A stretch of 64,000 nucleotides of DNA from Octopus vulgaris (GCA_951406725.2 OX597817.1:111600001-111664000); one strand, 5' to 3'. Shown: positions 1-13,800, counted from the first letter of the stretch. Numbers and translations are program-made. Notes: generated from the letters alone by a model not told the origin.

Positions 1-879
1 TTAATAAACATGAAAACTAAAAAAAATTAAACATCTTACTGAATCTAATAACATTTTTATAACAAATCATACCATACCTATTGCGGAGGCCAAACATCAA
101 CAATGTGTTGAAGTATTGAATCAAAAGGATCTAACCCTTTTAATTCAATCTCTTGTCACCACATAAACTCAACTTTTTAGTGGGGAGGTAACCCAATTTT
201 TTAATGGCAATTTTTAATAGGGGTGAGATAACCAAAAAGTACCAAAATTTTTCACGGCGAATTTTTCAAATGTTAAACGTTCTAATGTTTTTCCTAAAAG
301 TTATAGAAGTGAAACTAATTATGTGAATGCTTTTACATGTTATTTTTTAACATAAAGGAGCCAAGTAAGAGCCCTCATAAGTAAGGGACCTCATAACTTA
401 ACTAGCACAGGGCCTCATTTGTCCTAAATCCGGCACTGACTGTAAGCTTTTGAAAGAGTTGTTTAATCAACAATCTCTGAACTCGGTTCACAGACCGCCA
501 GTACTATGAGGTAGGGGGGAGAGCGTCACTGGGGCTCATGGACCCCCAGGTTGGAGTTCCCAGGCATTGATTCACCCTCATTTGATCGGATAGATTTGTT
601 GTATAACAAAATATGATCCGCATACTTTTAGTTGCGTGTCTGGTGGTACCTTATCAACACGCTCATCCTCACTCACAAGCAAATATCTCTGTGTTGGTAA
701 AATCGATAGTGTACTGAATCATCTCATGTTTGTTTTACTAGTTAGCGTAAATATGAATGTGTTTTTCCTTATACAAAATGTTATCCTTTTATCTCCTTTA
801 ATCAACCTACTCGATCATCCTTCAACAACTTTCTTTTCTGTTGTTCCTCTCAAACGAGCATTAGAAATTCACAGATTTC

Positions 880-1054
880 TTCTTTCCCTCTCCCTATCTC
901 TTTCTCTTTGTTTCTTCCCTCATCTCCTGCTATCTCTTTCTCTCCCCACCCATTCTTTCTTTCTTTCTTTCGTTCTTTCTTTCTTTCTTTCTGTCATTCT
1001 TTCTTTCTTTCTTTCTTTCTTCCTTTCTTTCTTTCTTTCTTTCTTTCTCTCTTC

Positions 1055-1116
<62 letters not shown>

Positions 1117-1468
1117 CGTTCACTAATATCACTTTCCTTTTAGTATTCAACTTCATATTTTACCATTTTCTGTCTTTCTCTTCGTTCCCTCTTCGCTCAT
1201 TTTCTATCCTTTATTCTTCTGTTTATCCTTGCTTTATTATTTCTTTATTTGATCCTTTTTTTTTTTGTCTCTCATTCTTTCTCTCAATTTCCTTTTTTTC
1301 TTTTTCCTTTCTTTGTTGTTGCTACTTTGTTGCTCCTCTGTTTTTCTTCCTCTCCCTACTTTTCTTCTCAATTCGCACTGTCTTTCAATTCAAATTAATT
1401 TTCGCCATCTATCTTCCCCTTCCCCGCCTCACCCCTCTCCTTCACGTTCTCTCTCTCTCTCTCCATCC

Positions 1469-1507
<39 letters not shown>

Positions 1508-1510
1508 ATT
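880..1510. repeat. (CTTT)n/(CT)n pyrimidine-rich simple repeats
   Basis: Direct reading; explains ORFs 636-1646, 908-1126 and 920-1156. Confidence 0.95.
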
Positions 1511-2330
1511 TATTCAACCGCCACAGTTTCCATTTCTTTCAGCATTTTCTCATCCTTTCTCTCTTCTGTTTCCCTCCTCCATCATATCATTAAACATTCA
1601 TCGACTGACAATGCTCACACATGCATGCTCAACAGAACACGCGTAAAAGATGCATATACATTCCCAAGGCATGCACACATCCAAGTAAACCACAGAAATA
1701 TTTGTGTCTATTTTTACAGTTTCACTTACTCATATTTCATTCACCAGATGTGTTCAATGAAATAATTCAGACAGTAAACAAGTCACAACAACGACTGATG
1801 CTTTCTTGTCGCGCTCCATAGATATAAAGTGTAAAGTTACACAATTACATATAAATAATTAAATATACGCCTTAAAATATTTTATTACAACTGCACATTT
1901 CTTTTGAAGGCAAGTTTTACACACGCACACACATTTACTCATGCATGCTTACACGTAGATATCTTAAGTGAAGGCAAAAATGTAAACAAGCACTGTAAAA
2001 TGTATTTGTTAGATACATAGAAGGATAGATATACATACTTTAATGGGTATTGATTAAAAATACAATCTTCCTGACTTTTAAATTAGCCTTCAGGTTATAG
2101 CGTTACTTCTGAAGTATATGAATCTACAGAGTTATGTTTCACAAGTTCCATGTTCCTAACAGTCAAACCAGAGAACTTAAACGACAACTTTTAAGAGTTG
2201 AAAATTGGATGCTCGAGTGACAACGGCGGCAGCAAGGTGAGTAGACTGTTTTCATGTTTATTCTTGACAAAAAATGACATAGTCGCATCGCCGGAAATAC
2301 AAAACTTTCAAATTAACTACAGGTAATCAA

Positions 2331-2660
2331 AGGCGGCGAGCTGGCAGAATCGTTACCACCTCGGGCGAAATGCGTAGCCGTATTTCGTCTGCCGTTACGT
2401 TCTGAGTTCAAATTCCGTCGAGGTCGACTTTGCCTTTCATCCTTTCGGGGTCGATAAATTAAGTACCAGTTACTCACTGGGGTCGATGTAATCGACTTAA
2501 TCCGTTTGTCAGTCCTTGTTTGTCCTCTCTGTGTTTAACCCCTTGTGGGTAGTAAAGAAATTGGTATTTCGTCTGCTGCTACGTTGTGAGTTCAAATTCC
2601 GCCGAGGTCCACTTTGCCTTTCATTCTTTCGGGGTCGATAAATTAAGTACCAGTTACGAA
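2331..2660 (+). mobile_element. Second tRNA-derived SINE family with partial internal duplication (decayed copies near 41305-41490 and 56640-57010)
   Basis: ggcggcgagctggcagaatcg...gagttcaaattcc B box; body gtcgactttgcctttcatcctttcggggtcg repeated at 2565-2660. Confidence 0.75.
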
Positions 2661-2921
2661 GGAGTTTTTGTCTACAACTTGCTTTGGTAATTTTATTTAA
2701 GCCATGGTCTCCAACGTTCTATATTACATATGGAAGACCATAATGTAAAAGGAAAAGCGAACATCGAAACTTTTGAACAGTAACAAACAAATACATGTAT
2801 TTGTAAATACAATATAATTGCGAGAACATGTATATATAGTGTATAAAACATACGCAGAGTATTAAACACATGCACACGTGAGTGGATTTGGTAGACGGAA
2901 ACTGAAAGAAGCCCGTCGTAC

Positions 2922-2977
<56 letters not shown>

Positions 2978-3392
2978 GTGTGTGTGTGTTTGTGTGTTTG
3001 TGTGTATGCGTGTATGTATGTGTGTGTGTGTGTGTGTGTGTGTTTGTCCCCTACCATCACTTGACAACCGATGTTGGTGTGTTTACCTCGCCGTAGCTTA
3101 GCGGTTCGGCCTAAGAGTACAAGGCCGAACAATAGTTTGTTCATCAACTTTACGACATTAAAACGTTAACTTATTTATTTATTAAACTGATAATTATAAT
3201 AACATACATACATATAGCATATTATTCTTTGCGGGAATAATATACTATATTATTCGGTCCAGGAATCGAAACCGCAATCTTACGATCATGAGTCCAATAC
3301 TCTAACCACTAAATTACACGTCTCCACTCTGCCGAAAAGCCATAATATACTAGAAAAGTACACACACACACACACATACCACACACACATAC

Positions 3393-3430
<38 letters not shown>

Positions 3431-3576
3431 TATATACATAGCTACATCACAGTATCGTCCAGACCATCAGATGGTAGTGTACTCTGCCGCTCACAATGCG
3501 CTTTCAGTTCTGTCTTAATTGCGCCACATACATACTTATATACATACATACGGAAACTGAAAGAAGCCCGTCGTAC

Positions 3577-3640
<64 letters not shown>

Positions 3641-4179
3641 ATTTGTGTGTGTGTTTATCCCCCCCCCCCACCATCACTTGACAACCGATGTTGGTGTGTT
3701 TACCTCGCCGTAGCTTAGCGGTTCGGCCTAAGAGTACTAGGCTTACAAAGAATAAGTCCTGGGGTCGATTCCTTCGACTAAAGATGGTGCCCCGGCATGG
3801 CCGCAGTCAAATGACTGAAACTACTAACAGAATGAAAGAATGCACGCACATACACATACACATACATAGTTGCATGTATGTATGTGTATGCGTATGTATG
3901 TGTGTGTACATGCACGTATCGACATGCATAAACACAAAAAATGTTTTCACATTGTTTCCTCTTTTAAACAATAAACGCACAACTATATAAAAATGCAGAC
4001 GCCTGCATATACTTATGTATGTGTGTATGCTTGTATGTACATATTATGCACATTACATACACATGTAAAGTATATATATATATATATATACACACACGCA
4101 CACATACACACAGGCACATATACATAGACACATGCAGAGTCTATATATTATGTATTCACATACACATACATACATGCAT

Positions 4180-4260
<81 letters not shown>

Positions 4261-4380
4261 TGTATATATATATATATAATATAAAAAAATAAAAAAATTA
4301 GAAACAAGTGGAAATTTTACCGGTGAGTGTGTTAAATAATAAGGTACTAAAAGAGAATGACTCTCCCCAGACACAACAGA

Positions 4381-4434
<54 letters not shown>

Positions 4435-5530
4435 GAAGGAGCTTCTACAGGACTAGAACTGTTTCATTCAAGACATATACACACACACATGTATATATAT
4501 ACACACACACGACCACACATACACATACACACAATATATATATATATATATGTATATGTATATGTATATATATGTATGTATATATATGTATATATCTTTA
4601 TATATATATAAAACTGAGAATGTGTGTCTGTCTGTGTGTTTCCCTAAAACTTGAGAACTACACAACCAATTTCATTCAAATTTTACACATGCCTTACTTA
4701 GGGTCCGGGGAGTGTCAACGGCAAAATTTTTTTTTTACTTTTTGCCTAGGGCGAGCCCACAACAATATCATATCTTCTCCACTACGATTCCTACACATGC
4801 CTTACTTAGGGTCCAAGTAGTTTCATGGGCAAAATAATGTTCAACTTCTTGCCTAGAGCGAGCCCATGGCAATATCATATCTTCTCCACTATTTCAGTAT
4901 TACGTGTTAAAAGTGAAACAAAAACGTTTCTCTATTTTATGTCAGATACTTTCACTTTAACAATAAAAATAATAATAACAATTGAATTATATGTAGTAAG
5001 TAATAATTAAAATCAAACTAAAGTATAATATAATCGTAACATAACAAAAGTAAAAATAGCAATTGGTATAAAATTGCATCAATGATTTGAACTTGAATAA
5101 GTGGTTTCACATGAATGGGAATAAATTAAAAATAAAATTAGCGTGCAGAAATGGAATAGTCCAGATGGATAATAAAAAATTAAATTAAAGAAAAGACTAT
5201 TGTCAATAAAGTATACAATGTAAAGAAAAAAGAAGATTTGAACACATGGAGGAAAGCACCTTCGAAAAGTGTCTTGGTGCGACTATGAAAGGTATCTAAT
5301 CAGAGGCGGTAAATTCGCCACAATAGAAACAAGGTTCGAGTCAACGGAGCGTGCAAGGGAGTACTCGATTCGAACCTTGCAAAGTGGAAATATTTTACTT
5401 TTACCTTTATATCTGGGACGTAAGCCGTCCCGGAAAATATATATGTATATATATAATTATATATATATATATATATATATATTTTATATAATATATATAT
5501 ATGTATGTAATATGTATGATATAAATAAAT

Positions 5531-5565
<35 letters not shown>

Positions 5566-6032
5566 ATCCCCAACATCACTTATGCTGGTGTGTACGTTCC
5601 CGTAACTTAGCGGTTCGGCGAAAGAGACCGAAGAATAAGTACTAGCTTACAAAGTAAGTCCTGGAGTACTTGCTCGACTAGGCTGTCACATATATATATA
5701 TGTATATATATTTATATATATAGAAAGTTAGGTTTGGGTCAACGCACTAGGATAATATCTATCCAATATACTGTATATATGTAATACACAAGTGATTTTT
5801 ATTGCATTGCAATTAACTTACCTAGTGTATTAAATGGTAAGGTAAAGAGATGTTTTACCATTAATTTATATTGCAAATAAGAAAATATATATATGATATA
5901 TATATATATATAGCATATATATATGAATAATATGTAATGTATGTATTTATTATATATATATATAAATATATATGATATATGATATATCCATTTTCTTATT
6001 TGCAAATATATATATATATATATGTATATATA

Positions 6033-6081
<49 letters not shown>

Positions 6082-6201
6082 GTATATATGTATGTATATA
6101 TATATATGCATATATATATGTATATATATATATATATATATATACATGGAAATGGATGCGTGGCGTTCGATCATATAATAATGTAAATAATATATATATG
6201 C

Positions 6202-6248
<47 letters not shown>

Positions 6249-6257
6249 TGTACATAA

Positions 6258-6304
<47 letters not shown>

Positions 6305-6493
6305 CATGCATATATGGGTACCGGACGTTAAAAAAACGTGAACAAAATGAAAAACAAGAACAAAAAACAAAAACATGGAAAACAAACTTGTTTTTGAACA
6401 CTGAAAGAAACAAAGAGAGAAACGAGACAGGCAACATAAAGAACAATCCCTTCATGTATATATGCATATGGTGTGTGTTTGCGTATGTGTGTG

Positions 6494-6533
<40 letters not shown>

Positions 6534-6540
6534 ATATATA

Positions 6541-6725
6541 AGGTTAAGCCAAACGGGAAAACAGAAAAAACAACAACACGTGGAACAATTAAAGTATTAT
6601 TATTAGGCGCTCAGGAAAGAGGGAAGAAGGAGGGTATGACGTTTCGAGCGGAGCTCTTCGTCGGAAACATAAGAGAAGGAAGAAGGAAAGATCCCGAGGT
6701 GGGCGAACGGAGGGAAAAAAAACGC
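6541..6725 (-). mobile_element. Short non-coding PLE pLTR-like element carrying a minimal hammerhead-like motif (6634-6668)
   Basis: Homologous to 15265-15455 (+) and 25180-25255. Contains gttt-CCGACGA-a-gagc-tcc-gctc-GAAA-cg-TC-atac; the 3' end runs into (TA)n. Confidence 0.65.
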
Positions 6726-6974
6726 GACTGGTTTTTAAGAAGTAAACATGCTGAAAGGCCGGAAGTTTTGGATAACGGGGGCTAGGTTTTAAAGACAAAA
6801 GAGCGGAGAAAGGAAGGTTGGTAACAACTCGAAGAAAAAGAAAGATAATGTGTATGTATGTGTGAGTGTGTACGTGTGCGTGTGTGTATGTGTGTGTGAG
6901 GCGAGATAAGAAAAAAATATATTTATATGTTAGTGCGTGCGTCTGTATGTTAGTGTGTGTACGTAGGGCGATAG

Positions 6975-8240
6975 GTAGTTAGTTAGTTAGTTAGTTAGTT
7001 AATTTGGCTCAAAAGCAAATAGCAAGGCCATGTAGGGGGACATGGAGTTAAGTACAGGGTGGTGTTCATGTAAAGAGTTCAGGCCACTTGAGGTCCAGGG
7101 AGGCTTTGACAAAGCGGTCGTCGGCATCTTCACCATCTCGTCTGGCAGCTTGTTCCACGGATCCGCAACCCGGACGGAGAAAGCTCCTCTCCTTCGATTG
7201 AGATGAAATCGTCGCAGGTAGAGCTTTTCGGAATGACCCCGCAGCCGACGCTCCGGAGCAGGAGTGAAGAACAGCTCTTTCGAGAGGTTACACTTCCCGC
7301 TTATGATGTTGTGGGCGAGAATGAGATCACCACGGCGGCGGCGTTTTTCAAGAGAATAAAGGTCGAGCGTCCTCAGCCTTTCTTCGTAGGACAAATTTTT
7401 GAGACCATGAACCATGCGGGTAGCCAGCCTCTGGACTCTTTCGAGGTGCTGTATGTCTTTGAGGAGATAAGGAGAAGAGGCTTGAATCCCATACTCCAAT
7501 ATGGGTCTCACCAGCGTGACATAGAGTGGCAGGAATATGGCTCCTGTGAGCATTCCGAATGACCGTCGAATCAAAAACAGAATTCCGCGCGCTTTGTTGG
7601 CAGCATGGACGCACTGGGCCGAAGGCGAAAAGAGGAATCCACCAAGATACCCAGGTCCTTTACCTGATCGGTCCTCTCCAGCAGCAGACGACCCGGCTCG
7701 AAATCAAGTTGAGCTGCAGGAGTAGAGCCGACAGGCAGATGACAGCACTTTGACACGTTCAGACACAGGTCCCAATCGTTAGACCACTTCCAAATTTGGT
7801 GGAGGCATCGACGAAGATCCTCTATACTACCGCGAGGAGCGACCAGTTTGATATCGTCGGCAAATAGAAGGGTGTGTTGCGTGAGGTCGTCGGGCAAGTC
7901 ATTTATGAAGACTAAGAACAACAAGGGCCCAAGCACTGAACCTTGAGGCACGCCACTGCTCGCACTGGAGACGTCGGACCGCGAACCATTAACTTGAACT
8001 TGGAAGGAGCGATCTGAGAGGAAGGCACCAACCCATCGTACAATATCCGGATGGAAACTATATGCTTGAAGCTTGACAAGTAGTAGGCGGTGGTTTACCG
8101 AGTCAAAAGCTTTGGCAAAGTCCAATAAAACGATGTCAACAGCATCACTATCATCGAGGATGCGCGTCACCAATTCTTCCATTACTAGTAAGTTGGTCAA
8201 GCATGATCTCTTCGGCACGAAGCCGTGTTGGGAATAGCAG
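6975..8240 (-). mobile_element. 5'-truncated CR1/L2-group non-LTR retrotransposon (RT domain and C-terminus, one frameshift near 7575-7620)
   Basis: Motifs QHGFVPKRSCLTNLL, DFAKAFDSV, GVPQGSVLGPLLF, LLFADDIKL and LRGHSEKL...FSVRVADPWNKLP; (CTAA)n tail at about 6977-7000. Confidence 0.9.
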
Positions 8241-8619
8241 TTGACATAGCAGTAGCAAGTGAGTAGTCAGTGGTAAAAGGAGGAAGGAGGGAATGGGTAG
8301 GGGCGTATGTAACGTGCCAGTGTGTGTGTTGAGTGGTAGTGTGTGTGTGTGTCCAGTGTGCGTAGTTGTATGTATGGCAAGTAAATTTGAAGTGTGTGTA
8401 AGTGTAATGTATATATATATGCAAATATGTGTGTGTGAGTGCGTGGGAGTGGGTGTATGTATGTGTGTGCGTGTGTGTACAAAACGGGGGTATTAAGGAA
8501 ACAAACTGCAACTGATGGAAAGATGGAAAAGTGCTCCCGCGGTGACAGGCGTAAGAGAACCCCAAGAACACGCCGACCCCAGATACGAACAGGAGATCTA
8601 GTCGGTACCCACGGGCGTG

Positions 8620-9431
8620 GTGCATGCATGTGTGTATGCGTGCGCGAACGCGCACATGCATGTATGTGCGCGCGCCTGCGAGTGTGTGTGTAAGTGTGTG
8701 TGTGTGTGGATGTGTGAGTGTGTCTGTGTGTATGTCTGGGTGTCAGTGTGTCTGAATGAATGTATGTAAGTATGTGTGTGTATATGTGTGTGTATAGATG
8801 TATGTCCGTGTGTATGTGTGTATGTGTATGAGTGTGTATGTATGTACGTGTGTGTGTGTGTGGAAGTGTGTGTATGTGCATGTGTGTGCGCGTGCATGCA
8901 AGTGTGTGAGTGAGTGTGTGTGTGTATGTATGTGTGAGTGTGTATGTCTGTGTGTATAGGATGCATGTATGTGTATGGGTGTATGTATGTGTGTGTGTGT
9001 ATGTATGTATGTGTACGTGCGTGTGTGTATGCATGTATGCGTACATGCGTGTAGGTGTGCGCGTGTGCATGCATGCATGTGCGTATGTATGTGTGTGTGC
9101 GCGCATGTGTGTAAGTATATATGTATGTGCGTATATGTGTGTGTATGTGCGTACATGTGTGTGTGTGCATGCATGTGTGTGTGTGTAGGTGTGTGTGTGT
9201 GTGTAGGTGTATGTATGTATGTATGTATGTATGTATGTATGTATGTATGTATGGGTGTGTCCATGTATGTGTGTGTATGCATGTGTGTGTGTATAGGTGT
9301 ATGTATGTATGTATGGGTGTGTCCGTGTATGTTTGTGTGTGTGTGTATGTATGTATGGGTGAGGGCATGAGTGTACGCAGGTGTGTGTGTACGTATGTAA
9401 TATATGTATGTATGTATGTGTGTGTGTGCGT

Positions 9432-9469
<38 letters not shown>

Positions 9470-9870
9470 ATATGTTGGTGTGTGTGTATGTGAGTATGAG
9501 TGTATGGGTGTGTGTCATGCATGTGTGTGTATGTGAGTGTGAGTGTATGGGTGTGTGTCATGCATGTGTGTGCGCGTGCAGGTGAGTGTGTGTGTAAGTA
9601 TGTGTGTGTGTATGTATGTGTGAGTGTGTATGTGTGTATGTCTGTGTGTATGTATGTGCGTATAGGAGTATGTAAGTATGTGTGTGTGTATGTGTATGGG
9701 TGTATGTATGTATGTATGTATGTGTGTAAGTATATGTGTGCGTATGTATGTGTATGTGTATGTGTGTGTGTTTATGTATGTGTGTATGTATGTGTGTAGG
9801 CGTGTGTGTATATATATAATATTATATTATATTATATTATATTATATTATATTATATTATATGATATGAT
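8620..9870. repeat. Degenerate (TG)n/(TATG)n microsatellite field followed by (ATATT)n
   Basis: Direct reading. Confidence 0.95.
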
Positions 9871-10289
9871 TGAACGCCACGCATCCATTTCCAAGTAAGT
9901 TTTATCATAATTTTTCTGATGCGCACTCTACAAGTATCTCTTTTCTCCCCCTTTATTCTTCTTTCTTTTTGTCTTTCTCCTCCTCCTCCCTTCACCGTTC
10001 TCTTTCTCTCCCTCTCTCTCCCTCACTCTTCCTCCATGATTTTCTCTCACATGCCCAGCGGCTATCTCTCTCTTTTTCCCTCTTGCTTTACAAAAGACAA
10101 CTCGCTTTTGCCTGTCTCCTGTCAAGCTTGTTTCTCCAGAGTTCACCATTTCACCTAGTAATGGCTTAATAGCCCTTACTGTTTTGTTTTTACTGTTTTG
10201 TTCTTACTGTCCTGTTTTTGTTACCATTTTAACCTCCACAAATCCCAAATTTTATTTAATTTGCTTTGCGGGAACGACTGTTTTAACGA

Positions 10290-10500
10290 AGTCGCGTCTT
10301 GACCCAACGTTTGAAACGCGGAGTAGATAAACAGGGGACAACTGATGAAGGGATTGCTCTTTATGTTACCTGTCACGTTTCTCTGTTTGTTTCTTTCGTT
10401 GTTCAAAAACAAAAGTTCGTTTTCTATGTTTTCGTTTTTTTATGTTCTCGTTATTCATTTTGTTCACGTTTTTTGACGCCCTGAACCCATATATGCATGT
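10290..10500 (+). repeat. Interspersed repeat family (other copies 6305-6456 and 22645-22830, both on the opposite strand)
   Basis: Shared CTGAWGAaggg...tttgttc..gttttttg..g.cc.gtacccatatatgcatg sequence in three places. Confidence 0.7.
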
Positions 10501-10589
10501 ATATATACATATATATATACCCATATATGCTTGTATATATACATATATATATATACTGAGTCGCCATGATAGATCGATAGCCACTACAC

Positions 10590-10750
10590 ACATTTTTTCT
10601 CTCCTTGTTTCTTTCTGTGTTCCTTTCTGTGGAAGTGTAGGTTCGAAACGTAAAAGACTTTTCCAATTCCCGTACGTTATACTAATACATCTGTTTATTT
10701 TCTACACCACCTGTCTTCGTCTTTGTTTTTTTCGTGAATTCTCCCTATAT
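10590..10750 (+). mobile_element. Short pLTR-like element with degenerate hammerhead-like motif (10623-10656)
   Basis: cttt-CTGTGGA...GAAA-cg-TA-aaag (stem I cttt/aaag); the tail ends at a TA-rich microsatellite. Confidence 0.45.
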
Positions 10751-10779
10751 GTAGGTATGTACATATATGTATGTATATA

Positions 10780-10868
<89 letters not shown>

Positions 10869-10871
<3 letters not shown>

Positions 10872-13800
10872 AAAAGCAATTAAGATTCAAGTCAATTCTA
10901 ATGAATTCACTTGAATATGGTACTTAACTTAGATGCACCAGAAAACTATATGGTGTTAACCAATACAGTAGTGTGGGGTGATTATAAACGAGAAAAGAAG
11001 CAACAAGAATGGATTAGTTTTTAGTACAATTGTTTCATACAAAGACAGGCTTTATTAAAAGTTGCAAATATTGCAGCAGATAAAAGTGTCCTGTACTCAT
11101 CAGCTAAAATACATATGAGTTCTCTAAACATCTTAGTGGGTGAGGCTACACTCATGAGGTATTGGAGATAATTTCATTAAAAGCAGATTCAGGTTGTAAA
11201 CAGACTTCCAAAGTTCTTTAATGATGATGCACAGTCTTATCACAGGTTTTAAAAAAGTTTATTAGTTTGACAGAGAAGTTTAATCCATCCATAGTGTAGG
11301 TGTAAATTTCCAGAGATATGAGGAGGTATTTCATACTCACAGACGATGAATTTATCCATGGTTAATCCACAATGAGGTGGGTGTAATTTCATGCTATATT
11401 ATAAGGTATTTGCCACATTACTGTTCTCTTCACAAAACTGCTATGTTATGACTTCTAAAGGCTGAAGGAATTTTGTGGAGCAAAGAAAAGAAAAGGAAAG
11501 AGAAGAGAAGAAAAAAGAAAGGAAAAAAAAGAGAAAAGAAAAAAAGAAAAAAGAAAAAAGTGAAGAAGAAAAAAAGAAAATAAGAAAAAAGAAAAAAGAA
11601 GAAAGAAGAAAGAAAAAAGAAAAGAAAAGAAAAAGAAAAAGCGCCCACATAGAGTATACTGTGACAACTGAGATGGGAAAGGGTCGCAGGTAACCCTCTA
11701 CACAGAAAAAAGTCTCTTAAATATGGAGACGGTCAGGCTGGCTAAGGATTTGCAGGAATCTAAGAACTATAAGGAGAATATTATTTTTGACCAGTAAACA
11801 GCTATTAATTGCCAACCTGACATAGTTAAAGCCGATATGAGAATCTAAAGAGAGAACAGGGTAAGGGATTGAGGGGTCAAAGGCTATCATTAAAGGGAAA
11901 TAAATTAAGAGAAAATAAGTGCAATACTAGAAAAGAGGTCATTTAATTTTATTTATTTATTACTGTTACTGTATTATATTGTTGCTGTTACTATCTATAC
12001 ATTGACAGACTATAGGTTTATACTTAGGAGTCAGTTTACAAGGTGTGAGGGAATTGCTTATTATATTGAAATTTCTTATACTACTTTCAAGGGAGTAGCA
12101 TTACTTATTAAATTTTGTAATAGAATTATGAAGTATTATTAACTTATTTTATTTAAGTTGTGTTACCTAAATTAGATTAAAAATTAGATTAAATTAAAAA
12201 TTTAAATTTAAAATTATAAAGTCAATTAAAACTTCATTTAAGCAACTTACAAGTACTATTTGTTTCTATGTGTTCAAAAACAGGTACAGTTATAAAGAAA
12301 GAGATAACCATAATGTAACAGTTCGCAGATATCTATTTAAAAAATATATTAAAGTTATGCTTTACTAGTAAAAAACAAGCTAGATCTATCTATCTAACTC
12401 CTTACGATTATTCTATACGGTTATTCATTTAAAATATTTTAGAGTCTTCAATTTTCCGTGAACACAAAATTGACCTAATTCTATATGGTTATTTAACAAA
12501 CTCTTATTTTTTCTATGCATTAGAATTTCATACGTCTCCATGGAGCAGAGTTGGCAACCAACCCTATTATTTTTATACGGCATTGCTCTTCTAACTATTT
12601 CCCAATTAAGGTTATAATTACTATTATTATTTTTGAGTTCCCAGATCTTATTTGAAAGCGTGGTGGTACCAGCTTTATGACATAAGTTAAAAGATGAGAT
12701 ATGGTTTCTAACTCTTTCCTTAAAATTTACAGTACAACCAATGTAAAAAAAAATTGTTATTCTCAGTAGTTATGGTACATTTATAGATTACGTTATTTAC
12801 CCCGCATAGACCAGGTGCCGGACATTTTGACCTGATTCTACAATTACACGTAGGAGGGTCAACTTCAGATGTTGGATTATTCATGGATAGATGTCTCATG
12901 TTCCTATTATTTTGATTATCATGAGTATATTTATCGTTATTATTATTATTATTATAGTTAGTGCTGCTATCTAAAGCAGTGTTATTATTTATTGATCTAT
13001 TTGCTCCATCCTTTAGATCTCAAGTCCTACCATGATTACTTACATTATTGGTATTGTTACTGTTATTGTTATTGTTAGTATTTTTATCTGAACGTATATT
13101 GTTGTTCATGTTGGTATTATTTTTATCTTTCCTGGCTAGCTTAATGTTATTATTATTAATCTTAGCTATTAAAGTGGACATATTTGGGAGGGTTGAATAA
13201 GAAATCCTAACTGTTTTTTTAGAAATAATTCTATGATATCTATGAGAGATTGGGAAATTTTTTTCTAGAATTACTTTGAATTTGCTCTGTATATCCGATA
13301 GAATCGCACAGTTGAAAGGAATATTCAGCCAGATTATATCTTTCTTATTAAATTTCCTTGAATTAGAATTAGGGTTCGTTGAATTATTAATATTCCCACC
13401 AGAGTCATTGTATTTATTACTATTATTTGTATGCTTCTTTGATTTATCTAATTTGATTTTATCCGCGTTACTTATGCTTTGGTCTATGTTTCTATTTGTA
13501 TGATTGGGCTTGTACGCTAGATTTGCAGTTACCTTAAATCTACTTCTACTTCTATTTCGGGCGTTGTCTATATTGCTGCTTACGTGGTTACTGATATCTT
13601 CACTATTAGGAATATGTAAGCTCCCCTTATCAATAAAGGTAATCTTTTGGTTGTATCCTGCCCTAGATAACGCCGCATTATAATGCTCAGAATGAGAGTT
13701 AAATATATCATTATTGGATGATAATTTTGAGATTCTTAGTGAAATATTTCCGACTAAAGATTCAATTATATTTGGGGGATGATTGGATAATTTATTTACG

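Noticed and set aside
636-1646. 336-aa hydrophobic ORF resembling a membrane protein
   Set aside because: It is the translation of (CTTT)n/(CT)n repeats and has no domain motifs.
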